IMG/VR virus record: IMGVR_UViG_3300035188_001379
Span: 64,001-128,000 of that record
Strand: one strand, 5' to 3'
Origin: a virus
Length of the DNA: 64,000 nucleotides
Each line of letters begins with the position of its first letter. Positions within the stretch are counted from its first letter, which is position 1. Shown piece after piece: positions 27,325-35,717 of this stretch. The notes below the pieces were generated by a model. It worked only from the letters and a program-made list of their open reading frames with translations, searched no databases and was not told the origin of the DNA. Both the position numbers and the translations under genes were made by a program.

Positions 27325-28108
27325 CAACAACACTATTATGAGCGAAACACAAGAGAATCAAATCAAGAGAGTGCTTGCAGAAATGGTTGCAAGTGGAGAA
27401 GTGAAGACCACGCAAGTAAATGGCGAAACCCACTATTATCTTGCTGAGGATAGCTTGGCCTCGACTCCCACAAATGAACTACAAGAATTGATCGACGACC
27501 AGGAAGTGATCAAAATCTTTAGAGAAGGAGACATAGGCTTTCCTGCTAAATACAGTCCTCCCGCAGACCTGAAAAGCTATAAAGCCTCACTCAGTAAATT
27601 CGACACTAGGAGAAGCGAGTTAATCCGTAGATTTAAGGCTTTACTGTGATGAAAATTTGTAAAATAATTTTGTCATGGATCAGCCTGACTGGAACGAAGA
27701 ACACGACGCAGAGCATCAGCATCTAGAAATTCAGAAGCTTTTCAAACTCATGGAGGCTAAAGCAAAAAACGCCATGAATTACCTAATACTTGAAGGCTTT
27801 GTAGCTCCTACTAAAACACAAGGAGTCTATGAATATACACCAGAAGGCTTGGTGCTGTTACAGCAACACTACAAAAAACTAAAAGACGAAGGATCAATAT
27901 GAGTACATCAGCTAAAGAACTGCGAAATGCAGCATTGCATCTAGCAACAACCCAGTTACAGGCGCGATTCGAGCACCTCGCACAGGCGGTCACTAGCAGT
28001 GGTGATCCTAACGCTTACATTGAATTCGTGCTTGAGTACTATCCTACGACAGAGAATATCATCGCTGAGGCTGAAAAATACACTAAGTTTGTGGATGCTG
28101 TAGAATAG
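27314..28108 (+). CDS. Three small hypothetical CDSs (27314-27649, 27675-27902, 27899-28108)
   Basis: In-strand ORFs; the first two have winged-helix-like LxxxG.V...y patterns. Confidence 0.55.
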
Positions 28109-28157
28109 TTGTTGCTGTGTGCCCTGCATGTAGGCTAATCTATATGCAGGGCGATAA

Positions 28158-28232
28158 GCCAGCATAGCTCAGCGGTAGAGCACCGGTTTTGTAAACCGTA
28201 GGTCCTCGGTTCGAATCCGAGTGTTGGCTCCA
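28158..28232 (+). tRNA. tRNA-Thr(TGT)
   Basis: Full cloverleaf, loop TT-TGT-AA, TTCGAAT T-loop, encoded CCA. Confidence 0.95.
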
Positions 28233-28236
28233 TTTA

Positions 28237-28311
28237 CGTGACGTAGCCTAGAGGCCAGGCACTTGCCTTGGGAGCAAGATCACGTGAGTTCGATTCTCAC
28301 CGTCACGACCA
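28237..28311 (+). tRNA. tRNA-Pro(TGG)
   Basis: Cloverleaf, C1:G72, loop CT-TGG-GA, encoded CCA. Confidence 0.95.
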
Positions 28312-28325
28312 ATTTGCAACAAATA

Positions 28326-28424
28326 AACTCTGTAGTTCAGTGGTAGACCATCGCTCCCTCAAGGTTAAGGGCCAAAAAGCTGGGAATAAAGCGAGTGCCG
28401 TTGGTTCGATTCCAACCAGAGTTT
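28326..28424 (+). tRNA. tRNA-like gene with 34-nt anticodon loop (intron-containing or pseudo-tRNA), identity unassigned
   Basis: Acceptor AACTCTG/CAGAGTT, D-arm TAGTTCAGTGGTAGAC, anticodon stem TCGCT/AGCGA, T-arm GTTGG-TTCGATT-CCAAC; no CCA. Confidence 0.75.
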
Positions 28425-28494
28425 TTTGTTGCAACTACAATAAAAAGAAGAGATACTTCATAAAGCTGATCTGCCATGTGTAGACACAGTAAAA

Positions 28495-28529
28495 GCCTCG
28501 TTATGCGGGGCCTGCTTTGTTCTTTAACA
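28495..28529 (+). promoter_or_regulatory. boxB-like hairpin + rrn-type boxA antitermination signal
   Basis: GCCTCG-TTATG-CGGGGC hairpin, then TGTTCTTTAACA (28518-28529), one mismatch from TGCTCTTTAACA. Confidence 0.6.
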
Positions 28530-28537
28530 TCTTAAAT

Positions 28538-28611
28538 CGCGGGATAGTGAAGTGGTAAAACGACAGTCTCATAAGCTGTAGTCCTAGGTTCGATTCCTAG
28601 TCCCGCAACCA
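28538..28611 (+). tRNA. tRNA-Met(CAT), initiator-like acceptor end
   Basis: Cloverleaf, loop CT-CAT-AA, C1xA72 mismatch, encoded CCA. Confidence 0.9.
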
Positions 28612-28625
28612 ATTTTTCAGCAACC

Positions 28626-28878
28626 GCGAACCCTCCGGTAGTAGGTTAACAGGTAATATGGAAAGCTTACTTGATGTAAATCCTGCTGAAAAGCGACACC
28701 TGCCGTACAGTGCGATCACAGTGCGCTTGGCCCGGACGCGGGCGACTGAGTGGTGTGACAGCTGGAGAGACAGCAAAGCTTGCTATGCGATTAATAGTAA
28801 GTTAACCCCTGAGCGACACCTGCGAACTTGCGATGCTGCATTTCAAGGCTAAAGTGGTGTGACACTGGGAGAGACTAG
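28626..28878 (+). ncRNA. Tandem two-copy structured RNA motif (unknown family)
   Basis: Both copies contain TAGTA(A/G)GTTAAC, GCGACACCTGC, AGTGGTGTGACA and a stem-GAGAGA-stem. Confidence 0.6.
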
Positions 28879-28887
28879 GTAATTTTG

Positions 28888-28961
28888 GCGGGTGTAGCAT
28901 AGTGGTAATGCTCTAGTCTTCCAAACTAGCTATGAGGGTTCGATTCCCTCCATCCGCTCCA
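28888..28961 (+). tRNA. tRNA-Gly(TCC)
   Basis: Cloverleaf, loop CT-TCC-AA, T73, encoded CCA. Confidence 0.95.
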
Positions 28962-28966
28962 ATCAT

Positions 28967-29053
28967 GTAGGAACGCCGGAGTTGGAGAGCCGGAGTGGAC
29001 TGTAAATCCATTGCCTTCGGGCTGACAGGGTTCGAATCCCTGGTCCTACACCA
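28967..29053 (+). tRNA. tRNA-Tyr(GTA)
   Basis: Loop CT-GTA-AA, long variable arm (GCC-TTCG-GGC), T-arm, encoded CCA. Confidence 0.92.
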
Positions 29054-29061
29054 CTTCAAGC

Positions 29062-29587
29062 ATGAAACAAAAAAAGAAAAAAAGCGAAGTAACCCTAGCG
29101 CACACAGGAGACAAGTCCGTTGTCTACGATGTAGATATTGACGCTGGTAAATTTTTAGTGATATACTATACAGCTTTAGACGAATGCGAAGTATACTGGA
29201 AAAACGGTACTGTAAGTCTAGCAGCTCACACAGAAGAGTATCGTAAAGCTGTGCAAGCTGTAGACAAGCTATACTCAAAAAATTCTTATGGACATTATTA
29301 AACCTGCAAAGCCCATCATTGAAATTAATGAGCCTTCCAGAGTGACTGGAAACATTAGAGTTATTCCAAAACCTGGTAAGTTTTATTATATTGATTATAA
29401 GGATGCTGAAGAACCAGAAGGAAGCTATTTTGGACTAGCTCGCTGTGTGGGTGTCTATGAAAGAAATGTAGAGGGAGAACAAATCTACCCTCCGCTATAT
29501 GAGTTCATGCATACAACAAAAGAAGGAGATCAAACACTGAGTTTGTTTTACGCTTCAGAAGTAGTCATGGAAGCAAAGACCCATTAG
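29062..29587 (+). CDS. Two small hypothetical CDSs inside the tRNA region (29062-29301, 29288-29587)
   Basis: Overlapping ORFs between tRNA-Tyr and tRNA-Gln. Confidence 0.6.
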
Positions 29588-29592
29588 ACCAT

Positions 29593-29666
29593 TGGCTCAT
29601 GGTGTAATGGTAACACAGCAGATTTTGAATCTGTTATTCTAGGTTCGAGTCCTGGTGAGCCAACCA
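29593..29666 (+). tRNA. tRNA-Gln(TTG)
   Basis: T1:A72, loop TT-TTG-AA, encoded CCA. Confidence 0.95.
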
Positions 29667-29672
29667 TTAACA

Positions 29673-29747
29673 GGGCAGTTAGCTCAGCGGTAGAGCGGCT
29701 CGTTTACACCGAGTTGGTCGGGGGTTCGATTCCCTCACTGCCCACCA
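29673..29747 (+). tRNA. tRNA-Val(TAC)
   Basis: Cloverleaf, loop TT-TAC-AC, encoded CCA. Confidence 0.95.
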
Positions 29748-29756
29748 CATTAACCC

Positions 29757-29783
29757 AGCAACCATAACTTGGTTGCTTTTTTT
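29757..29783 (+). terminator. Intrinsic terminator ending the tRNA operon
   Basis: AGCAACCA-TAACT-TGGTTGCT followed by a T-run. Confidence 0.85.
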
Positions 29784-29791
29784 ATTGCGTT

Positions 29792-30740
29792 ATGGACAAC
29801 ATCGTACAAATTGAACCTGCTGTAGAAGAGTTGATTCAGAATAATATCCAGCTCAGATACACAGTAGAAAAACTCGAGAAAAAACTTGAAGTATTCAAGG
29901 CAATGACTAAAGAATTGCTTGAGTGTTCAGTGGCTAGCTCAGACCCTCTAAAAGAAACCAGGTACATCTGCGCTAGCTGTTTTCTTGAACCAGAACTAAA
30001 AGACATATGACTGACGAAGAAAAGAAAAAATATATGGAGCAAATTCAAGACGTTCTTCTTGACTTGCAGCTAGAGGGTAAAATTCATATCGAAGAAATCA
30101 CTGAAGAAGCTGGTGATAACGGAGAGCAAATTACTACAATCAGGATTCAGCCAGTGCTGAAAACCCAAGAAGAAGTTGAAGAGTTCTTGCAGAGGGTAAA
30201 GGCTCTTGGTTACATGAGCGATGAAGAGCATAATTCTGAAGAGTAATCATGGCTGAGGAGCTGTACATGGTAGAGTTCAAGCTACCGCAGTTTGACTGGA
30301 CGCACTGGGCAGTGTGTGCGTCTATTGCAGATGCAGAGCAGGCTCTTATCAGACGCAGAAGAGAGCTGACGGACCCTAGCGACAAATATGTGCAGTTTAG
30401 GATAGTTAGGCACGAAGTTATAGAGAGTGATGTTGCAGGTCCTATAGATATAGAGCGCTGCGCTCAAGGGCACAGCTTTACAAAGCTTCCTAGCCATCCT
30501 AAAAATCAAGGGGTAGCCGAATGCCCCTATTGCCTTAGCGTGGCTAGTATCGCTCTAAAAGACGCGCTCGAGGCACAGACACATCAGGTACAGCTCCTTT
30601 CTAGCCTACTCAACAGTACACAAGAAAAGCTATCAAGGCTTGCTAGCATAGTTTTAAAGTTTTTACACACAGCAGACAAAACTATGTCTAGTGAGGCTTT
30701 TGCCGAATATGAAAAATACAGAGAAGACACAAAACAATAG
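29792..30740 (+). CDS. Three hypothetical CDSs (29792-30010, 30007-30246, 30249-30740)
   Basis: Coupled ORFs; the third has a family A-like N-terminus, a CxxxH...CPYC Zn-ribbon and a coiled coil. Confidence 0.6.
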
Positions 30741-30957
30741 TGAAGAGGTAGACCATCCCAATCACTACAACCAGATCACAGGGGTCGAATGTATCGACGT
30801 TATTGAGCAGTTAAAATTAGGCTTTAACCTAGGCAATACTCTCAAGTATATCTGGCGCTGCGATGACAAAGGTAAACGCGTGCAAGATCTTAAAAAAGCC
30901 GCTTGGTACCTGCAGCGAGAAATTAACAACGCAGAGAAAACAACTGAATCACAATAG
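30709..30957 (+). CDS. DUF3310-family phage protein
   Basis: VDHPNHY...ECIDVIE...GFNLGNTLKYIWR...K...DLKKAAWYL. Confidence 0.85.
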   Translation: MKNTEKTQNNSEEVDHPNHYNQITGVECIDVIEQLKLGFNLGNTLKYIWRCDDKGKRVQDLKKAAWYLQREINNAEKTTESQ

Positions 30958-30960
30958 CCT

Positions 30961-31404
30961 ATGAAAACCATTCCAGCCTTGCTCTTGCTGCTCGGAGCAC
31001 AAACACTAGACGCAGGAATTAAAGCAGAAGAGAAAACTATTCCTGGATTAAAACTACGTATTGAAGGCGAAGTGCCTCTCACAGATAACAATGGAGTGGT
31101 AATTCCTTCGCAAGTTATCAAAGCGCAGGTAGGCAAACTTGTGTCGATATACAGAACAGATTTGTTCTGCTACAAAGGACAAATCACAGAGATTGAAGAG
31201 AGCGACGAAGCTTTAAAGATATACGGAAAAATACTCAATGTTCCTGAAAGTAGATTTGGCTTTATCCTCGCTAAAGGAGGGCAATTCGCAGGAGCCGTTG
31301 TAGAAGGTAACGAAAATAACAGAGCCTATGTACTGGAGTTTAGCCCTTCACATAAAGGGTTCATCTTCATTAGAAATTCTAAATACGAAAAGCCTGAGTT
31401 ATAA
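30961..31404 (+). CDS. Hypothetical exported protein
   Basis: Signal-peptide-like MKTIPALLLLLGAQTLDA. Confidence 0.6.
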   Translation: MKTIPALLLLLGAQTLDAGIKAEEKTIPGLKLRIEGEVPLTDNNGVVIPSQVIKAQVGKLVSIYRTDLFCYKGQITEIEESDEALKIYGKILNVPESRFGFILAKGGQFAGAVVEGNENNRAYVLEFSPSHKGFIFIRNSKYEKPEL

Positions 31405-31808
31405 TGCCTGCAAAATACGAAAACATAAATGTCACAGAAGAATTCCTAAATAAAGACCCTAACGCCTTTTTTGTATTTGGAAACAACTTACAAAACAAAG
31501 GAACAGGAGGAGCAGCTAAATTAAGACATCATCCAAGGGCAATAGGATTTCTTACTAAAAAAGCTCCAGATCATGCACCCAAGTCTTGCTACACTGTAGA
31601 GGAGTACAGCAAGATTTTCTTTAAGTTACTTGCGCAGCTAAAAGAGCACGTAATCAAAAACCCTAGCCGTAAGTTTTACGTCTCAAAACTCGGTGCAGGG
31701 CTAGCTAACAGATATATGATCTGGGAGCTATTAATCAAACACAACCTAGAAGCTGAACTAGGAGAATACGATAATGTCATATTCTGCTGGGACGAAAACG
31801 AGTCATAA
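31404..31808 (+). CDS. Macrodomain-like protein
   Basis: FVFGNNL...GTGGAA...GFLTKK...YVSKLGAGLA resembles macro-fold N/GGG loop and GxGxA motifs. Confidence 0.55.
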   Translation: MPAKYENINVTEEFLNKDPNAFFVFGNNLQNKGTGGAAKLRHHPRAIGFLTKKAPDHAPKSCYTVEEYSKIFFKLLAQLKEHVIKNPSRKFYVSKLGAGLANRYMIWELLIKHNLEAELGEYDNVIFCWDENES

Positions 31809-31812
31809 ACAT

Positions 31813-31938
31813 ATGCTTAAACCTATTCTAACTTTAATCGCACTAACATTATTTTTAGCCTGCTCTGCAATATATGTGCATGTGAAATTGATCAAGTACA
31901 TCGCAGGCCCAAGCTGCAGCTGCAATCAAAATAAATAG
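31813..31938 (+). CDS. 41-aa membrane peptide (below ORF-track cutoff)
   Basis: MLKPILTLIALTLFLACSAIYVHVKLIKYIAGPSCSCNQNK fills the intergenic gap. Confidence 0.45.
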   Translation: MLKPILTLIALTLFLACSAIYVHVKLIKYIAGPSCSCNQNK

Positions 31939-31961
31939 CCCTAACCACTAGAACTAAATTT

Positions 31962-33008
31962 ATGGAAAAATTAGCAGTAATCGCAAAAGTATTAGAACTC
32001 GCACCCATCGAAGGAGCAGATCGAATCGAACGTGCTACTGTGCTTGGTTGGCACGTAGTTGTGAAAAAAGGTGAGCACAAAGTGGGAGATCTTGTGGTAA
32101 TGATCTTCCCTGATTCGTACGCATACAAAAGCTATGTAGATGCAACATACATAGGCAGTCAAGAAAAGACAAGAATCAGAACAGTCAAAATGCGCGGACA
32201 ATATAGCGCAGGGCTAGTCTTGCCTCTTGCCGAAGTCTATGCTGCAGCAGAACGAAAAGGTCTTCCTTCAAGAGTTTGGGAAGAAGACGAGGAGGTGAGT
32301 GTGCTCCTTGACATCGAGAAGTGGGTAGCTCCTGTAGGCATGAGTACAGGAGGAAAAGAAATTGGAGATTTTCCTACACGCTACATTAACAGAACAGACG
32401 AGCTCAATTTCAGAAGCGAGCCTGGAGCCCTGCTTGAGGCAAGAACAGACCCTAGATTCAAGAATGTGGAGTTTGTGGCTACGCTCAAATGTGACGGCAC
32501 CAGCGCCACCTATATCAGTGTGCCTGGCTACTTCCATGTATGTGGCAGGAATAAAGAGTATGCTGATGTAGACGGCAGCATGCACTGGGAGATAGCCAAA
32601 AAGTACAAGCTTGAAGGTAACCTAGAAGAAAACTACGCAATTCAAGGAGAGATCTGCGGCCCTGGGGTGCAAGGCAATCCAATGAAGCTAGACTCTCGAG
32701 ACTTGTTTGTTTTCAGAGTTAAAAATCTTGCTACTCACGAGTGGCTTGGTTGGGATGATCTTAAACTATTCTGTGCTCAGCACTATCTCAAACATGTGCC
32801 TGAAATTACCAGATTCGTGTTTTCGGCAAACGTACCTAGCATTGAAGATTTGCAAGACATTGCCAATGATGCCAAGTACGACCATGGGCGAGCAAACGCT
32901 GAGGGAGTTGTAATTTTCCCTGTAGTACCGATCAAAAGCCTCAGCCTGCAGAAAAGCTACTGGAGCCTTAAAGTAATGAACCAACCTTACGACATGAAGA
33001 AAGGTTAA
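31962..33008 (+). CDS. RNA ligase, DRB0094/Rnl2-like with N-terminal OB/tRNA-binding-like domain
   Basis: PIEGADRIE, RTVKMRGQYSAGL, FP...I.RTDE, motif I KCDGTS, IQGEICGPGVQGN, EGVV, KV. Confidence 0.88.
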   Translation: MEKLAVIAKVLELAPIEGADRIERATVLGWHVVVKKGEHKVGDLVVMIFPDSYAYKSYVDATYIGSQEKTRIRTVKMRGQYSAGLVLPLAEVYAAAERKGLPSRVWEEDEEVSVLLDIEKWVAPVGMSTGGKEIGDFPTRYINRTDELNFRSEPGALLEARTDPRFKNVEFVATLKCDGTSATYISVPGYFHVCGRNKEYADVDGSMHWEIAKKYKLEGNLEENYAIQGEICGPGVQGNPMKLDSRDLFVFRVKNLATHEWLGWDDLKLFCAQHYLKHVPEITRFVFSANVPSIEDLQDIANDAKYDHGRANAEGVVIFPVVPIKSLSLQKSYWSLKVMNQPYDMKKG

Positions 33009-33009
33009 T

Positions 33010-33678
33010 ATGAGTGACCATACAAACAAAGTAGAATGGATCGGGCATTATGGCGGCGATCTCACACACGGCTTGTCCGCGTGGACAAGCACATACAGAG
33101 ACCTAGATGAAGATAAGCTAAACAGGCTACCAAAAATGCTAGCCAGGTTGGCTGCAGATAAGCACGATACGCCGTTTGAAAAAAGTGTTCTTCATTTTCT
33201 CGTAGACACTGAGATCGCTTCACACATCCATCTTCTCAAGCATAGGATCGGTGTAAGTATTAATGCTGAATCGGCGAGATACAAGGAGCTCAATGAAGAT
33301 AAGTTTTATATCCCTCCTGACTTCTACGATGTTCCAATTTCTGAGGATAGTGGTTGGGGAGGTTATGATAATTGGGCAGAGCTACTGATTGATCACTCAA
33401 AGCAGAGTAACCGACTGTATCACGCCTGCCTAAAAGATGCTGAGAAAGTTCTTGGTCGTAAGCGGGCCAAGGAGAGTGCCAGGTTCTTTAAGATGTACAA
33501 CAGTCAGATAGCTTCTGATGTTATGTTTAATTGGAGAAGCTTTGCGCATTTCCTGTATTTACGTAGATCAGAACACGCACAGAAAGAAATCTGCGAAGTA
33601 GCAGACAGGATGCTCACAATGGTCAAAGAGCTTCCTTCCAACCCATTCAACCACACACTAGAAGCATTTGGATTATGA
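33010..33678 (+). CDS. thyX: FAD-dependent thymidylate synthase
   Basis: HDTPFE, HLLKHRIGVSINAESARY, NWRSFAHFL.LR.SEHAQ.EI. Confidence 0.9.
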   Translation: MSDHTNKVEWIGHYGGDLTHGLSAWTSTYRDLDEDKLNRLPKMLARLAADKHDTPFEKSVLHFLVDTEIASHIHLLKHRIGVSINAESARYKELNEDKFYIPPDFYDVPISEDSGWGGYDNWAELLIDHSKQSNRLYHACLKDAEKVLGRKRAKESARFFKMYNSQIASDVMFNWRSFAHFLYLRRSEHAQKEICEVADRMLTMVKELPSNPFNHTLEAFGL

Positions 33679-34488
33679 CTATCACAAGAAAATCACAATA
33701 TTCAGGAATTATAAGGTCTGTAGAGATGGATATTACTGCAGAACAAGTCGAAGCATACAACAACGGCGCACTACTTCAGAACGCCTTTCCTGGTCTCTCA
33801 GCAGCAGATAGAGAATTCTTTAAGTCAGGAATTACTGACGAAGAGTGGCAGGAAATGTTTGGCCCCGAAGAAGACGATGAATAGCGAACTACAAGACAAG
33901 CTGTTTGCCGATTTTCCTGAAGTTTTACAAGAACACAAGCTCAGCATATATGAAAGCTGTATGAGCTGGGGGTTCGAATGTGGCGACGGCTGGGAGCCTG
34001 TTATACGCCAGATGTGCAAGCTATTGTCTCGTAAAGTATGCACGACAGTTAAAAAGAAGCAGCTGTTTCCTTATCAAGATGAGCTAGAGGTATGGCTACA
34101 TAACAAGTGTAGAAAGATTGAGAGATTATTTAAAATGCCACATAATACACTATATGTGGCTAAGTTCGAGCGCTATGTCCGTTTCCCTGGTTATTCTGTA
34201 AGGCTTACCCAGGTTAAAGAAAAGTTTGGTACATTACGTGTATATCACGATATACATCCAAATTTTACAAAAGACGAAGTAAAGCATATTTCTGAAAGAG
34301 AGCTTATGAGAGCTCAAGAAAACTATGCTGGCTATGTGGACGGGGTGATTAGCTTTGCTGAGCAAGCAAGTGCTACCATCTGCGAGATACATGGGAAGCC
34401 TGGTAAGCTAACCACCAGAGGCTGGTGGCATGTGGCCTGCGAAGAGTGCGAGAGCAACAAAAAAAATGAAAATACTAGTAATTCCTGA
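33675..34488 (+). CDS. Two conserved hypothetical phage CDSs (33675-33884, 33859-34488)
   Basis: LQNAFP.LS..DREF..SGIT.EEW; CGDGW...QVKEKFGTLRVY...CEIHGKPG. Confidence 0.65.
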
Positions 34489-35278
34489 CGTTCATCAAAA
34501 GCTCGAAAAGTTATCAATAATTCTAGAAAACAACACGTTTGATACGCTCATATCGCTTGGAGACTGGTTTGACGATTTCTATGATTCTCCAATGCATGCT
34601 GAAAATACAGCAAACTATATTCTCAAGCTGTATAGTAAATACGGAGAAAACTTCATATGGCTGCTAGGTAACCATGATGTGCCCTACCTATTCCCTGCTA
34701 CATACGATCGACGCGCATGCAGCGGCAACACAAGAGATAAGCTCAAGGTTATCAATAAAGTGTTTCAAGGAAGCAGCCCATTAGGATTTAGACCTAAACT
34801 AGCTCACGTAGTCGAAATAGATGAATGCTTGCCTATAGTATTGAGCCATGCAGGAGTCAGTGAGCATCATTTTGGGCATCCTCTAGAAAAAGATATATCT
34901 GCTGCAAGCGTGCTATCAAGATGCCTTATAGCCGAGACATTCCTGGCTCTAGGTCTAGATGATCCTATACTTGGCGCAGGAATGGCTAGGGGCGGACGTG
35001 AACCCGTCGGAGGCATAAACTGGCTTGATTGGAATCATGAGTATGCTCCTGTAGAGGGCTTGAGTCAGATTGTGGGGCATACTCCTCTGCACGCTCCTAT
35101 GGTTATTGATGAATGTAGAGCATCTATCACTCCCGACGATAAGATGCCTGCTATTGATAGATATCGTTTGAAGCCGGGGAAGTCATACAATGTAAATATA
35201 GACACGCATCTAGAAAACTACATCACAATAGAAAACAACGAAATCCTAATACACAAAACAGCCTGCCTTATATCCTAA
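34466..35278 (+). CDS. Calcineurin-like metallophosphoesterase
   Basis: IPDVH, LGDWFD, LGNHD, SHAG, VGHT, NIDT. Confidence 0.88.
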   Translation: MKILVIPDVHQKLEKLSIILENNTFDTLISLGDWFDDFYDSPMHAENTANYILKLYSKYGENFIWLLGNHDVPYLFPATYDRRACSGNTRDKLKVINKVFQGSSPLGFRPKLAHVVEIDECLPIVLSHAGVSEHHFGHPLEKDISAASVLSRCLIAETFLALGLDDPILGAGMARGGREPVGGINWLDWNHEYAPVEGLSQIVGHTPLHAPMVIDECRASITPDDKMPAIDRYRLKPGKSYNVNIDTHLENYITIENNEILIHKTACLIS

Positions 35279-35279
35279 T

Positions 35280-35717
35280 ATGGTCAGATTCTATTTTTCA
35301 GACAAAGGGGTGACTCGTAAAATGGGCTGCCCTAACTTGTGGCCTGTGCACGATCGCCAGTTTAACCGTGTACCAAGGTCACTATTTGAAACTCCTGGTC
35401 TTGTGGTGCATATCGAACCAAAGATATGTCAAAGTGGTCCAATGGCGAGAATAACTGTATTTGACACAGCTCGAGTACAATTCAAGCCTGTTTGGGCGGA
35501 CCATTCGCAAGAGCGTCTATTCGGGGGATGCGTAATGAGTGCCGAATACTACAATAGCGGCCACACCACGATTAGATCGAATATATTGGATCATGCCTCA
35601 ACCAGTAGAACACCAGAAGACTTTGAGCATGATTGGCAGGTTAGAGAAGCCTGCATACCTGTAATCAGACAAGCAATTGAACTACACCTAACCTACTTCC
35701 CTAAATTAATCTTATGA
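35280..35717 (+). CDS. Hypothetical protein
   Basis: 145-aa in-operon ORF. Confidence 0.55.
   Translation: MVRFYFSDKGVTRKMGCPNLWPVHDRQFNRVPRSLFETPGLVVHIEPKICQSGPMARITVFDTARVQFKPVWADHSQERLFGGCVMSAEYYNSGHTTIRSNILDHASTSRTPEDFEHDWQVREACIPVIRQAIELHLTYFPKLIL

Noticed and set aside
28326-28424. Selenocysteine or opal-suppressor tRNA (TCA in the loop)
   Set aside because: TCA is not centred in a 7-nt loop, and the long acceptor stem and variable arm of tRNA-Sec are absent
28441-28517. Hammerhead ribozyme
   Set aside because: Three-stem look, but the core reads CTGATCT and GTAAAA rather than CTGATGA and GAAA
28658-28852. 64-aa ORF within the tRNA cluster
   Set aside because: No protein features; the region is better explained by the repeated RNA motif
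28626-28878. Pistol or twister ribozyme
   Set aside because: TTAATAGTAAGTTAACCCCTGAGCG resembles pistol, but no upstream P1 loop complements CCCTGA; ACACCTGC...AGTGG resembles twister, but the UAA cleavage loop and L4 consensus are missing
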